Positions 50,429 through 59,915 of a DNA stretch of 64,000 nucleotides are shown here, piece after piece. The translations under genes were made by a program, and so were the position numbers. The stretch lies in the NCBI GenBank assembly GCA_963422375.2, contig OY729427.2, positions 864,001 through 928,000 on the forward strand, in the 5' to 3' direction. This stretch comes from Bryobacterales bacterium. GTDB lineage: Bacteria; Acidobacteriota; Terriglobia; Bryobacterales; UBA6623. The notes under the pieces are model-generated. The model was not told where the DNA came from. It ran no database searches and saw nothing but the letters and a program-made list of their open reading frames with translations. How positions within the stretch are numbered: the stretch's first letter is position 1; each line of letters starts with the position of its first letter.

Positions 50429-51451
50429 ATGAGCAGCCTTCGCGTCGCAGTAGCGGCGGCACTCGCGACCGTGCTCGCGGTCGCTGTGGCGGTCGAGACG
50501 GCCCCCGCGCAGCGCCGGCGCGCGAACCGGATCAAGCTGGGGACGGTCGCGCCCAAGAACAGCGTCTACCACGAGGTGCTCCTTCGCATGCGCCAGTCCT
50601 GGCGGGCGATCTCGAACGGAGCCGTCGACCTGCTGATCTACCCGGGCGGAGTGGCCGGCGACGAGATCACCATGCTGCGCAAGATACGCGCGGGCCAGAT
50701 GCAGGGCGCCCTGATCTCCGGCAGCGGGATGTCCTTCCTCGACGACGGCATTAGCGCCCTGCAGGTGCCCTTGATGTACGACTCGCTGGAAGAGTTCGAT
50801 TTCGTGCTCTCCAAGATGGCCCCCGCCTTGGAGCGGCGCCTGCACGGCAAGGGCTACACGGTGGTCGGCTGGGGCGACGCCGGCTGGGCGCGCTTCTTCG
50901 CGGTCGAGCCGTTCCAAACGCCGTCCGACCTGCGCCGGATGAAGCTCTACACGTCGAAGGGCAGCGACGAGATGCTGCACCTGTTCTCGGAGTTCGACCT
51001 GCGCGCGGTGCCGCTCGACCTGACCGAGCTGCAGGCCAATCTCGAGACCGGGCTGGTGGACGTATTCGCCGTGCCGCCCCTAGTCGCCGCCGGCTACCAG
51101 TGGTTCGCGTCAGCGCCGAACATGCTCGATCTCCGGTTCCTGCCTATCATCGGCGCGGTGCTGATCGACAACGAGTCCTGGGAGGCGATTCCCGAGGCGC
51201 AGCGGGATCTGATGCGGGAAGCGGCGGGCGAGGCGACCGACCAGATCCAGATCGCGGTGCGCGACCAGGAAGCGACGGCCATCCAGGAAATGCGGAAGTA
51301 CGGCCTCAACGTGATCGAGCTGGACGAGGCCACCTTGGCGGAGTGGCGGCGGGAAGTCGGCGAGGCGTATCCGCGCCTCCGCGGGCGCTACGCGCCCGCG
51401 GAGGTCATGGACGAAGCCATGGCCTGGAGAGACAGCTTCCGGGCGCGCTAG
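50429..51451 (+). CDS. dctP: TRAP substrate-binding protein DctP/TatP
   Basis: IKLGTVAP, YPGGVAGDE, KIRAGQ, LETGLVD. Confidence 0.88.
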   Translation: MSSLRVAVAAALATVLAVAVAVETAPAQRRRANRIKLGTVAPKNSVYHEVLLRMRQSWRAISNGAVDLLIYPGGVAGDEITMLRKIRAGQMQGALISGSGMSFLDDGISALQVPLMYDSLEEFDFVLSKMAPALERRLHGKGYTVVGWGDAGWARFFAVEPFQTPSDLRRMKLYTSKGSDEMLHLFSEFDLRAVPLDLTELQANLETGLVDVFAVPPLVAAGYQWFASAPNMLDLRFLPIIGAVLIDNESWEAIPEAQRDLMREAAGEATDQIQIAVRDQEATAIQEMRKYGLNVIELDEATLAEWRREVGEAYPRLRGRYAPAEVMDEAMAWRDSFRAR

Positions 51452-51523
51452 CCCGGTCGGCCCGGCTCCCGCCGACGGCGCGCACGAGACGTGGCGAGGG
51501 CCATCGTCTATAATCCCGGGCAA

Positions 51524-52435
51524 ATGCGTGACCTGAACCGTCGCGACCTGCTAGCGCTGACGGCAGCCTCGGCAGCCTCAGCCAAGGCTGCGACAAGACC
51601 TACCCTCTGCCTGTTCACCAAGCACCTTCCGCACCTGGGATACAAGGAGCTGGCCAAGGCCGTGCGGGCCTTCGGCTTCGGCGGGGCGGATCTGACCGCC
51701 CGCCCTCGAGGCCACGTCCTGCCCGAGAACGTCGAACGAGACCTGCCGAAAGCACACGAGGCTCTCGCCAGCGAAGGCGTCGCTCTGCCGATGATCTCGA
51801 CCGGGCTGACCTCCCGCAACGACCCGGCCGCCCGGCCGACTCTGTACACGGCCGCCCGGCTCGGCATCCCGCATTTCAAGCTCGGATACTACCGCTACCG
51901 GAGCCTCGACGACATCGACGCCTATCTCGCCGGCGTCAAGGCCGACGTGGAGGGACTGGCAGCGATCGCCGGCCACGCCGGCATCGCCGGCGGCTTCCAC
52001 AACCATTCGGGCAAGTATGTCGGCAGCGCTCTCTGGGATCACTGGTGGGTGCTTCGCGACACCGACCCGCGCCACGTCGGATTCTACTTCGACCCGTGCC
52101 ACGCTACGATCGAGGGCGGCTCGGCCGGATGGGAGATCGGATTCCACCGCCTCAAGGGCCGTCTCGCGATGGTCGCGTGCAAGGACTTCTACTGGGAACG
52201 GACGCAGGGCGAGTGGAAGGCGCGGATGTGCCCGCTCGGGGAGGGCATGGTCGACTACCCGAAGTTCTTCCGCGCTCTCGCCGCCAGCGGCTTTTCGGGC
52301 CCGATCTCCCTCCATGTGGAGTACAAGATCGAAGCGCCCACCGAGGCGCGGCGAATCGAGCGGGAGATGCTGGCCATCGAGACGGACTTGGGATACCTGA
52401 AGTCGCAGTTCGAGGCCGCCTTCGGGCCGGCGTAG
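51524..52435 (+). CDS. Sugar phosphate isomerase/epimerase (TIM barrel, Tat signal)
   Basis: NRRDLL; LFTKHL, DLTARPRGHV, HNHSG, FDPCH, KDF, GEGMVD, SLHVEY. Confidence 0.88.
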   Translation: MRDLNRRDLLALTAASAASAKAATRPTLCLFTKHLPHLGYKELAKAVRAFGFGGADLTARPRGHVLPENVERDLPKAHEALASEGVALPMISTGLTSRNDPAARPTLYTAARLGIPHFKLGYYRYRSLDDIDAYLAGVKADVEGLAAIAGHAGIAGGFHNHSGKYVGSALWDHWWVLRDTDPRHVGFYFDPCHATIEGGSAGWEIGFHRLKGRLAMVACKDFYWERTQGEWKARMCPLGEGMVDYPKFFRALAASGFSGPISLHVEYKIEAPTEARRIEREMLAIETDLGYLKSQFEAAFGPA

Positions 52436-52524
52436 CCGGACGAAAGGCCGGCCCGGCCGCACGGAGCGCCGGCCAGCGGCCCGGACCTAGCCCGGGACCG
52501 AAGTGCCGGAGCAGCCCGGGCGAC

Positions 52525-52550
52525 GCGGGGCCGTTCGGATCCGGCCCCGC
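52525..52550. terminator. Hairpin between convergent genes
   Basis: 9-bp perfect stem GCGGGGCCG/CGGCCCCGC with 8-nt loop; no U-tract. Confidence 0.4.
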
Positions 52551-52586
52551 TCGAGTTCCGACCGGCCGGGAGGTGCCGCCGCGACC

Positions 52587-55500
52587 CTAGAACTCCAGCC
52601 TGAGCGAGAGCTGGGACACGCGGCCGCCCGTGCCGCGGAGCGTGCTGGAGACCCTGCCGAATCCGCCGCGCCCCCGCCGCTCCTCGGGATTGGCGAACTG
52701 CGGATGGTTGGGGAGGTTGAAGAAATCGGCTCGGAACTGGACGCGCAACCGCTCGCTGAAATCGAACCACTTATGCACCGAGAAGTCGATGTTCGCGAGC
52801 CCCGGCCCGCAGCACAGCGAACTCGGGCTGCTGCCGAATACGCCCGTGCCCGGCGCCTCGAACAGGGCAGTGTCGAAGAACGTGTCGCCCTTGACGTTGC
52901 CGCGCCAGCCCGCCTTCTGGACCGGGTCGCCCAGGATGTTGGGACGCTGGCTCGCCGCGTAAGTGTTGCTGCGATTGGTGTTCTCGATGATGACGAAGGG
53001 CGAGCCGGTGCGGAACTCGCTGATGACGCCGATCCCCCATCCGCCGGCAATGGCGTCAAGCAGGCCTCCGCTGATGTCGAACTTGCGCCCCTTGCCGAAC
53101 GGCAGCTCGTACACCGAGCTGAGCGCCACCCGGTGCCGGATGTCGCTCCCGGAATACCCCCGGTCGAGATGGCGCAGTTCCTTGTGCTGCTCGCGGTTGC
53201 CCACGAACTCAGACAGCTCCGAGCCGGCCTCGACGTCGTCGAGGTACTTGGACCACGTGTAGTTCATGAGCAGGTTAAAACCGCCCGAGTAGCGCTTCTC
53301 GAGCTTCAGGTTCCCGGAGTGGTACACCGAGTTGCCCCAGTCCACGGACCGCTGGACCACGCCGTTGAATGTCGGGAACGGTCGCAGCTGCTGGGATTGC
53401 TTATCCGGCCCGCGTCCGTTGACGAGCGGAATCTGATTCCAGTTCGTATTGGCGCCGCCCAGCCGATGGCCCACGTTCGCGATGTAGGCCACCTCGACGA
53501 GGTAGTTGTTCGGGAGCTGCTGCTGGATGCCGAAGTTCCATTGCTGGGCCATCGCGCTGCGGTGTCCCTGGCGGAAGAACTGGGGCGAGATCTTGGGACG
53601 CTCTCCGAAGCGAACCGAGCCGAATCCGGGCCCGAGGTCCGCCGCCGCCGTGGCCGGCATGCCTTGGGACAGGGAGAACGCACGGGTGATTCCACCGTCC
53701 GGGGAAGTGAAGTTGCCCTGCGTGCTGAATCCCAGGGAGAACGCGTTCGGCACGGCGCCCCGGTACGCCCCGTAGTAGTTGATGCCGTACCCTCCGCGCA
53801 CGACCGTGGCATCGGTGATCCGATAGGCGAGGCCGAAGCGCGGGCCGAGGGCTCCGTAGTAGGTGTCGTGCGAGTACTTGCCGAGACCGTCCCGTCCGAA
53901 GAACGTCACCGTTCCCGGCAGGCCGGAAACCGGATTGGTCGCATGCCAGTCGAAGCCGTTCAGGCGGTTGTTGCGGTCCCACAGGGGCGTGTCCACCTCG
54001 TAGCGGAGACCCAGGTTCAGGGTCAGCTTCGAGGCGACTCGCCAGTCGTCCTGGACGAAGACGCCGAAGTAGTCCGTCCTGCGGTCCAGTATCTCGGCAT
54101 CGTTGATGTCCCCCGAGCTGACGTGCCCGAGGAGCAGCTCGGCCGTGCCGACCCCGGTGGCGCGGTTCCCGAACACGAACTGGCCGCCGGTGCGGTTGTT
54201 CTGGTCGTCGATGTTCCGCGAGTAGCGCCAGTTGAATCCGTACTTGATCTGGTGGGAGCCGCGAATCAGCGTCTGGTTCTGGTTGACCTCGATGGTCCTG
54301 ATCGGAGTCTGGAGCCGCTCCTGGTTCGCGGGAACCAGCGGCGTCAGCCCGTTGACGTTGATTCGGGCGAACGATTCCGGGTTGACCCCTCCGATACCGT
54401 ACTCGCCGTTCTTGCCGGAGTTGCGGGCCGCAGAGCGGTTGATGTGGAGCCGGTCGCCCCAATTGAAGCGAAACTCGTTGATCATCGTCGGCGAGAAGTT
54501 GTGAATCCAGTTAACCGTCGTGTTGTGGTGACGATTCTTCCGAATTCCCGCACGCGGGTCGGCGAAGTCGTGCGGGTAGACCCCCGGGATGTTCTGCGGA
54601 GCCGTCACGTGCATGAACCTGACCGAGACGCGATCCGCCTCGGACACGTTGTGGTCCCACTTGGCGGTGTAGTAGTTCTGGTCCAAGCCGTTCGACGCGT
54701 TGTTGACGTAGTTGTTGGCCGGCTTCGACGCGACGTCCCCGGGCACGTTCGGATCCGGGTACAGCTGGATAAGTTGAGCGGCGATCGGATCGATTCTGCT
54801 TGGCGGAATGACGTTGTTGGGAAACACGCCGCCCGTCGGATCCTTCAGCGACAGCCCGGCGCGCTGGGAGAAATCCCCCGACTTCTCGATGACGTGGGGA
54901 ACATCGTCCCCGGAGTAGGTGACGCCGTCGCGCCGTCGCGCTCCCTCGTAATTGAAGAAGAAAAACGACTTGTTCTTCCTGACCGGCCCGCCCAGCGAGC
55001 CGCCGAAGATGTTGTAGCGCAGCGGCGCCGTCTCCTTGGCGAAGAAGGACCGGGCGTCCATCGCGTTGTTGCGGAAGAACTCGTACACGGCCCCGTGGAA
55101 GTCGTTGGTTCCGCCACGCGTCGTCATCAGGATGAAGCCGCCCCCGGCTCGGCCGAACTCGGCGGAGTAGTTGTTCACTTCTGCCTTGAACTCCTGCAGG
55201 GACTCGGCGGGCGGGTTCAGCCCCAGCTGCTGCGTCCCGATGGCCATGTTCTGGACCACTGAGCCGTCAAGCGTCCACATCTGATTCTGGGAGCGCCCGC
55301 CCGCCATCGAGAACTTCGGGATCTGCTCGCCGCCGTCCTCGGAGCGGAACGAGATATTCCCGAGGAGCCGGACCAGCGAGGCGCTGCGCCGGCTGATCAC
55401 CGGCATGTTGAACACCGTCTCCCGTTCGATGAACTGGCCGACCGAGGACGTAGCCGCTTCGAGCTGCGGCGTCGTAGCCTCGACGGTGATCACCTCGGTG

Positions 55501-55853
55501 AGCTCTCCGATCTCCATCTGGACGTTCACCGTGCGCGTGGTTCCCGTCTCGAGCGCGACCCCGGTTTGGTTCGAGGTCTTGAACCCGTCGACCTCCGCCT
55601 GCAGCGTGTACACGCCCGGCGCTACGTACGGGAACACGTACACCCCGGACTCGTTGCTCTCGGCGGTCGTCGCCACACCCGTGTCGACGTTGCTCAACGT
55701 CATCCTGGCGCCCGGGATGGCTGCGCCGGTCGTGTCGGTCACCGATCCGCCGAGGCGACTCTGGTCCTGAGACCAAGCGGAGATCCCCGCCAATCCGAGA
55801 GCGCAGGCGACAATGCCGAGGCGCCTCGCCGCAACTAGGTATCTGTGTGCCAT
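52587..55853 (-). CDS. TonB-dependent receptor with N-terminal carboxypeptidase-regulatory-like domain
   Basis: GSVTDTTGAAIPGA, EFKAEVNNYSAEFGR, GTNDFHG, QDDWRV..KLTLNLGLRYE, terminal LRLEF. Confidence 0.93.
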   Translation of the reverse strand: MAHRYLVAARRLGIVACALGLAGISAWSQDQSRLGGSVTDTTGAAIPGARMTLSNVDTGVATTAESNESGVYVFPYVAPGVYTLQAEVDGFKTSNQTGVALETGTTRTVNVQMEIGELTEVITVEATTPQLEAATSSVGQFIERETVFNMPVISRRSASLVRLLGNISFRSEDGGEQIPKFSMAGGRSQNQMWTLDGSVVQNMAIGTQQLGLNPPAESLQEFKAEVNNYSAEFGRAGGGFILMTTRGGTNDFHGAVYEFFRNNAMDARSFFAKETAPLRYNIFGGSLGGPVRKNKSFFFFNYEGARRRDGVTYSGDDVPHVIEKSGDFSQRAGLSLKDPTGGVFPNNVIPPSRIDPIAAQLIQLYPDPNVPGDVASKPANNYVNNASNGLDQNYYTAKWDHNVSEADRVSVRFMHVTAPQNIPGVYPHDFADPRAGIRKNRHHNTTVNWIHNFSPTMINEFRFNWGDRLHINRSAARNSGKNGEYGIGGVNPESFARINVNGLTPLVPANQERLQTPIRTIEVNQNQTLIRGSHQIKYGFNWRYSRNIDDQNNRTGGQFVFGNRATGVGTAELLLGHVSSGDINDAEILDRRTDYFGVFVQDDWRVASKLTLNLGLRYEVDTPLWDRNNRLNGFDWHATNPVSGLPGTVTFFGRDGLGKYSHDTYYGALGPRFGLAYRITDATVVRGGYGINYYGAYRGAVPNAFSLGFSTQGNFTSPDGGITRAFSLSQGMPATAAADLGPGFGSVRFGERPKISPQFFRQGHRSAMAQQWNFGIQQQLPNNYLVEVAYIANVGHRLGGANTNWNQIPLVNGRGPDKQSQQLRPFPTFNGVVQRSVDWGNSVYHSGNLKLEKRYSGGFNLLMNYTWSKYLDDVEAGSELSEFVGNREQHKELRHLDRGYSGSDIRHRVALSSVYELPFGKGRKFDISGGLLDAIAGGWGIGVISEFRTGSPFVIIENTNRSNTYAASQRPNILGDPVQKAGWRGNVKGDTFFDTALFEAPGTGVFGSSPSSLCCGPGLANIDFSVHKWFDFSERLRVQFRADFFNLPNHPQFANPEERRGRGGFGRVSSTLRGTGGRVSQLSLRLEF

Positions 55854-56181
55854 GTAATGCCCTTCCACGAATCGCGATTGCCGGGCAACCCCTCGCCCGG
55901 GAAACGCGCAACTTACATTCTAGACGACTCGTAACGCCTGAAGCCTTCCCGCGGGAACGCTCCGCCATGCGCCGCTCGGCCGACGGCTTCAGGCAGACCT
56001 GAGCGGCACCGTCAATCCCAGCATCCAGCCGCCCCGGCGCTCGCGGCGGAACGCCCGGACCGCCGCAAGCGGCCAAGGGACGCGCCGACCCGCGGCCTGC
56101 GGGCATCCACCCGAGCCGACCGAGACCGCTCCGCGGGCGGCGGGCAGCCCGGCGCAGCGCGGGACCGAGACCGAGAGGCCC

Positions 56182-59100
56182 TCAGGAATCCAAGGTGAAC
56201 CTCTCGGGATGCATCGAGGAGTCGCCCCGCACCAGAATGTTGGCGCCGACGGTCGCCTCCAAGTCCTCGAGGTGCGAGTTGCCCTTGCTCTTGAGGGACT
56301 TCGCGACCTCGGGATGGACCCGTAGTGTCAACTCTCGCGAGTCCCCGCCGCCCGGACTGTTCCGGCGCGCGGCGATGCGGTCCGCCGCGGAGAAGATCTC
56401 CGACAGCACGGTGGCCGACGACTTCACGCTGCCGGCGCCGCTGCAGGCCGGGCAGGGGATGCACAGGGCCCGCTCCAGGGACTGCCTCATCGCCTTCCGC
56501 GTGATGACCACCAGCCCGAAGTCGTTGAACGGCAGCAGCCTGCTCGGGGAACTCATCTTCTTCAGCGCTTCCTGGAGCACTTGATGCACGCTCTGGCGGT
56601 TCTTGCGGTCTTCCATGTCAATGAAGTCGATCACGATGATCCCGCCGAGGTCGCGCAGCCGCACCTGCCGCACGATCTCTTCGGCGGCCTCGAGGTTCGT
56701 CTTCAGCACCGTGTCCTCGAGCCTGTTGGACTTGCCGACGTACTTGCCCGTGTTCACGTCGATCGCGACCAGCGCCTCGGTCTGATTGATCACGATGTAC
56801 CCGCCGGACGGCAGCCGGACCTTGGGATTGAGCGCGTCCTCTAGGCTCTTGGAGATCCCGAACTGGTCGTACATGGGCTGCGGGCGGGTATAGAGCTTGA
56901 CACGCCCCGCCATCTCGGGCTGGAATCGATGCGCGAATCGCATGATGCGCTCGAACTCGTCCTCGGAGTCGACCCACACGGTCTTGTAGCTCTGGCCGAG
57001 GTTGTCCCGGAGCACGCGCTCGACGATGCCGAGGTCGCTGTGCAGCTTGGCTGGGGCCCTGCGCTTCGAGGCCTTCCCCTGGAGATCCTCCCAGAGCTTC
57101 TGCAGGAATTTCAGGTCGGCCACCAGGTCCTGCTCGCTGACGTTGCGGGCGGCGCTGCGGACCACGAACCCTCCGGGCTTGCCGTCGGAATGCGCGTCGA
57201 CAATCTTTCGTAGGCGGATCCGCTCCGACTCGGGCTGGATCTTGCGAGAGACGCCGTGGTGCTTGGCGGTGGTCATGTAGACCATGTAGCGCCCGGGCAG
57301 CGAGACGTGCGCGGTGACCCGCGCGCCCTTGGCCCCGACGGGCTCCTTGTTGACCTGGACGATCACCTCCTGCCCGCTCTTGAGCAGGTCGTCGATGTTG
57401 GCTTGGGGGCCCGGTTGCTTGTCCCGCTGCGGGGCGCCGGCGCGCCGGCCTCCCAAGCTCCGGGTGCCCGTCTTGCGCCGTCCTTCTTGGGGGCGCTTCG
57501 GGTGGGCCGCCTTCGCGTCGACCTTCGCCTTCTTGACGGGCGCTTCCCTCGGCAGCCCGGGTATGGGCCGCACGTCCGCCCGGGGGCTCGTCTTCCGGCG
57601 CGCCCCGCCCTTGGGTGCATCCGCCGGCCGTCGCGGCTCGCGGGCGGTCGGCGGCTCCGGCCGCGGAGCGCTCTCGCTGCCTCGCCCTACCTTGCTCTTC
57701 AGCCAGTTGACCAGATCGATCCGCAGCTCGGCGACCGCCGAGGGCGCCTCGACGGAGGCGCTGCGCCTAGGAGGTTCCGGAGACGCCGCGAGGGAGTCGC
57801 CGGAATCGGGACCCTCGGACGGATCCGGCGCGGCGGCCGGCTCGCTCGCCGGAATCGCTCCAGCTCCCTCGTCCCGCACCGCTGCAGGCCCAGAGGCGCC
57901 GTCTGCCGTTCCGGCTGCGGGCGTGTCGCTCTCGCCCGCCGGACCTTCCGAGGCGCCCGCCGGCTCCGGAACGCCGTCCCCGCGTTCGCCTGCCGGCTTG
58001 CTCGCGCCGTACCTCGCGATCGACTCGCCCGGCAGGACCTGGCCTGCTAACTCTTCCGCGACCGCTTTGGACGCGCCGTCGTCGGTCCGGCCGACCGCCT
58101 CGCCAGCCGCCGGCGCCTCGGCACCGCCCGTCTGGTGGGGCGACTCGTCGCGAGCAGGTCCGGCTGCCGCGACGTCCCCGGCCGCAGCGGCTTCGGATTC
58201 CCGCGGCTCCGCCGCGACGCGGGCATCGGCCCGGTAGCGGGCGGCACGCTCCCGGAGGCCTTCCCAGGGCCCTCGCAAGAAGGCGATTCTCGAGCGGATC
58301 GACTCTAGGTCGGCCACCAGCTCCTCCTCGCCGATTCCGCGAGCTCCGGACAGCGCTTCGAAGCCGCCGACCACGCCTTGGGCGTGGCTGTCGACGATCT
58401 TCTTGAGCCGCTTCCGCTCCGATTCGCGCTGAATCCTGCGCGAGCAGCTGTTCTTCTTCGCGGACGCTCGGTAGAGGAGATAGCGGGCCCCCAGCCTCAA
58501 GTCGGCCAGGGCGGGATCCTGCGCCCCGGGGGCGGGACCGGACCCGGCCGGAGCCTCGCCCTCTTCCCCTGCTCCAGCGGCGGAGTATGGCACGGCGGCT
58601 TCCGTCCCGCCCTCGGGCCCGTAGCGCGCTGCGTGCTGCTGAAACTCCTCGCAGAGGCCGCGCAGGAATTCCATCTCGGAAACAAGGTCCCCCTCGGCCA
58701 CGCCCGCGGCGGAGTTCAGCACCTCGAAGCCCCCGTCCTTGCCGCCCGCGTGGAGATCGACCAGTCTCTTCAGTCGCTTCCGCTCCGCCGTGGGCTGAAT
58801 GGACTTGGTGACTCCGTTGAAGGAAGCGTTCGTTCGGTAGGTCGCGAAGCGGCCGACCACGATGAGATTGGCGGACACCACACCCGGCCCGGAATCGTCC
58901 GACGCGCCGTGGGAGGCGGGAGCGTCGGCTTGCTCGCCCGCTCTCCCTCGAGCGGTGTCCGCAGGCGCGACGCGACCGAGATCGTCGGTCGGGCTCCGCT
59001 TGGGGTGGGCGTCGGCTGGAGCCGCGGCTTCTTCGGCGGCGGCCACAGCTCCCGGGCGGTCGCGGCTGTGGTCCTGGCCGGGGGCCGCGTCGCGATACTT

Positions 59101-59625
59101 GGCGATCGACTCGCCCGGGATCACGTCGAAGCGCCCGTCATCGTCGCCGTCCGCCTCGGAGGGCTCCGGGTCGTCCGCGCCGAACCCCTCGCGCCCGGCC
59201 GCGTCGGCCGGGCGTCGCCGCCGCCGACGACCGCGGGCCTGGCCGGGAAGATCGTCCGCGCCGCGGGCCGCTTCCTCCGCCTGCCGCTCGTCCTCGCCCG
59301 GCTCGGACGGCTCGTCGGCGCTCGCGGCCACTTGGAGGGACTGGGCCAGTTCCGCCTCGATGGGACCGGCGTCCAGGTCGCCGTCGTCCCCGGCGGCGGG
59401 GTCGAGCACGTCCGTCACGTACAGGAACGCGTCGCGTGCCAGCCCTAGGTTGACGAACGCGGACTGCATTCCCGGCAGGACGCGCGTCACGCGGCCCTTG
59501 AAGATGCTTCCGACGAGAGCCCTCCGCTCTCTGTGCTCTACGCAGATCTCGACGAGGCGATCATCCTGCAAGATCGCCACAGTCGTCTCGATCGGATTCG
59601 ATGAGATGACCAGTTCTTGGGACAT
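56182..59625 (-). CDS. rne: Rne/Rng family ribonuclease with a very large insertion in the S1 domain
   Basis: VGSIFKGRVTRVLPGMQSAFV, VQVNKEP..KGAR, TEALVAIDVNTG, TNLEAA, LRDLGGIIVIDFIDM, CPAC Zn link. Confidence 0.93.
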   Translation of the reverse strand: MSQELVISSNPIETTVAILQDDRLVEICVEHRERRALVGSIFKGRVTRVLPGMQSAFVNLGLARDAFLYVTDVLDPAAGDDGDLDAGPIEAELAQSLQVAASADEPSEPGEDERQAEEAARGADDLPGQARGRRRRRRPADAAGREGFGADDPEPSEADGDDDGRFDVIPGESIAKYRDAAPGQDHSRDRPGAVAAAEEAAAPADAHPKRSPTDDLGRVAPADTARGRAGEQADAPASHGASDDSGPGVVSANLIVVGRFATYRTNASFNGVTKSIQPTAERKRLKRLVDLHAGGKDGGFEVLNSAAGVAEGDLVSEMEFLRGLCEEFQQHAARYGPEGGTEAAVPYSAAGAGEEGEAPAGSGPAPGAQDPALADLRLGARYLLYRASAKKNSCSRRIQRESERKRLKKIVDSHAQGVVGGFEALSGARGIGEEELVADLESIRSRIAFLRGPWEGLRERAARYRADARVAAEPRESEAAAAGDVAAAGPARDESPHQTGGAEAPAAGEAVGRTDDGASKAVAEELAGQVLPGESIARYGASKPAGERGDGVPEPAGASEGPAGESDTPAAGTADGASGPAAVRDEGAGAIPASEPAAAPDPSEGPDSGDSLAASPEPPRRSASVEAPSAVAELRIDLVNWLKSKVGRGSESAPRPEPPTAREPRRPADAPKGGARRKTSPRADVRPIPGLPREAPVKKAKVDAKAAHPKRPQEGRRKTGTRSLGGRRAGAPQRDKQPGPQANIDDLLKSGQEVIVQVNKEPVGAKGARVTAHVSLPGRYMVYMTTAKHHGVSRKIQPESERIRLRKIVDAHSDGKPGGFVVRSAARNVSEQDLVADLKFLQKLWEDLQGKASKRRAPAKLHSDLGIVERVLRDNLGQSYKTVWVDSEDEFERIMRFAHRFQPEMAGRVKLYTRPQPMYDQFGISKSLEDALNPKVRLPSGGYIVINQTEALVAIDVNTGKYVGKSNRLEDTVLKTNLEAAEEIVRQVRLRDLGGIIVIDFIDMEDRKNRQSVHQVLQEALKKMSSPSRLLPFNDFGLVVITRKAMRQSLERALCIPCPACSGAGSVKSSATVLSEIFSAADRIAARRNSPGGGDSRELTLRVHPEVAKSLKSKGNSHLEDLEATVGANILVRGDSSMHPERFTLDS

Positions 59626-59915
59626 GGGATTGTCCGGGGAAGCTCGGCTCCGTGCCGTGCGCCGCTTCGAATGTCGTCGGGAATCTACAGTTCATGCTCC
59701 TCCCATTCGGACGAACCGGCTTGACTGCTGCCTCGCGACCGTTCGGGGCCGGCCCGGAAGCGCCGTGTTTCCCGGCAGCGAGCGGAGCGCCTAGCGGGGC
59801 TGGCACGCTCGAGCAGGCCGGGGCGCAACCGGAGACCGGGCCCTCGGGTCGAGTACTTCCTTGCTACCCTTTCTTTCTTGGAGCCAGCGACGCTGCCTGC
59901 ACCGGCGATTGAAGT

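Noticed and set aside
52503..55262. 919-aa plus-strand ORF and similar long antisense or alternate-frame ORFs (e.g. 3183-4961, 14920-16680, 18508-20445)
   Set aside because: Shadow ORFs of real genes caused by high GC; R/A/P/G-rich with no motifs.
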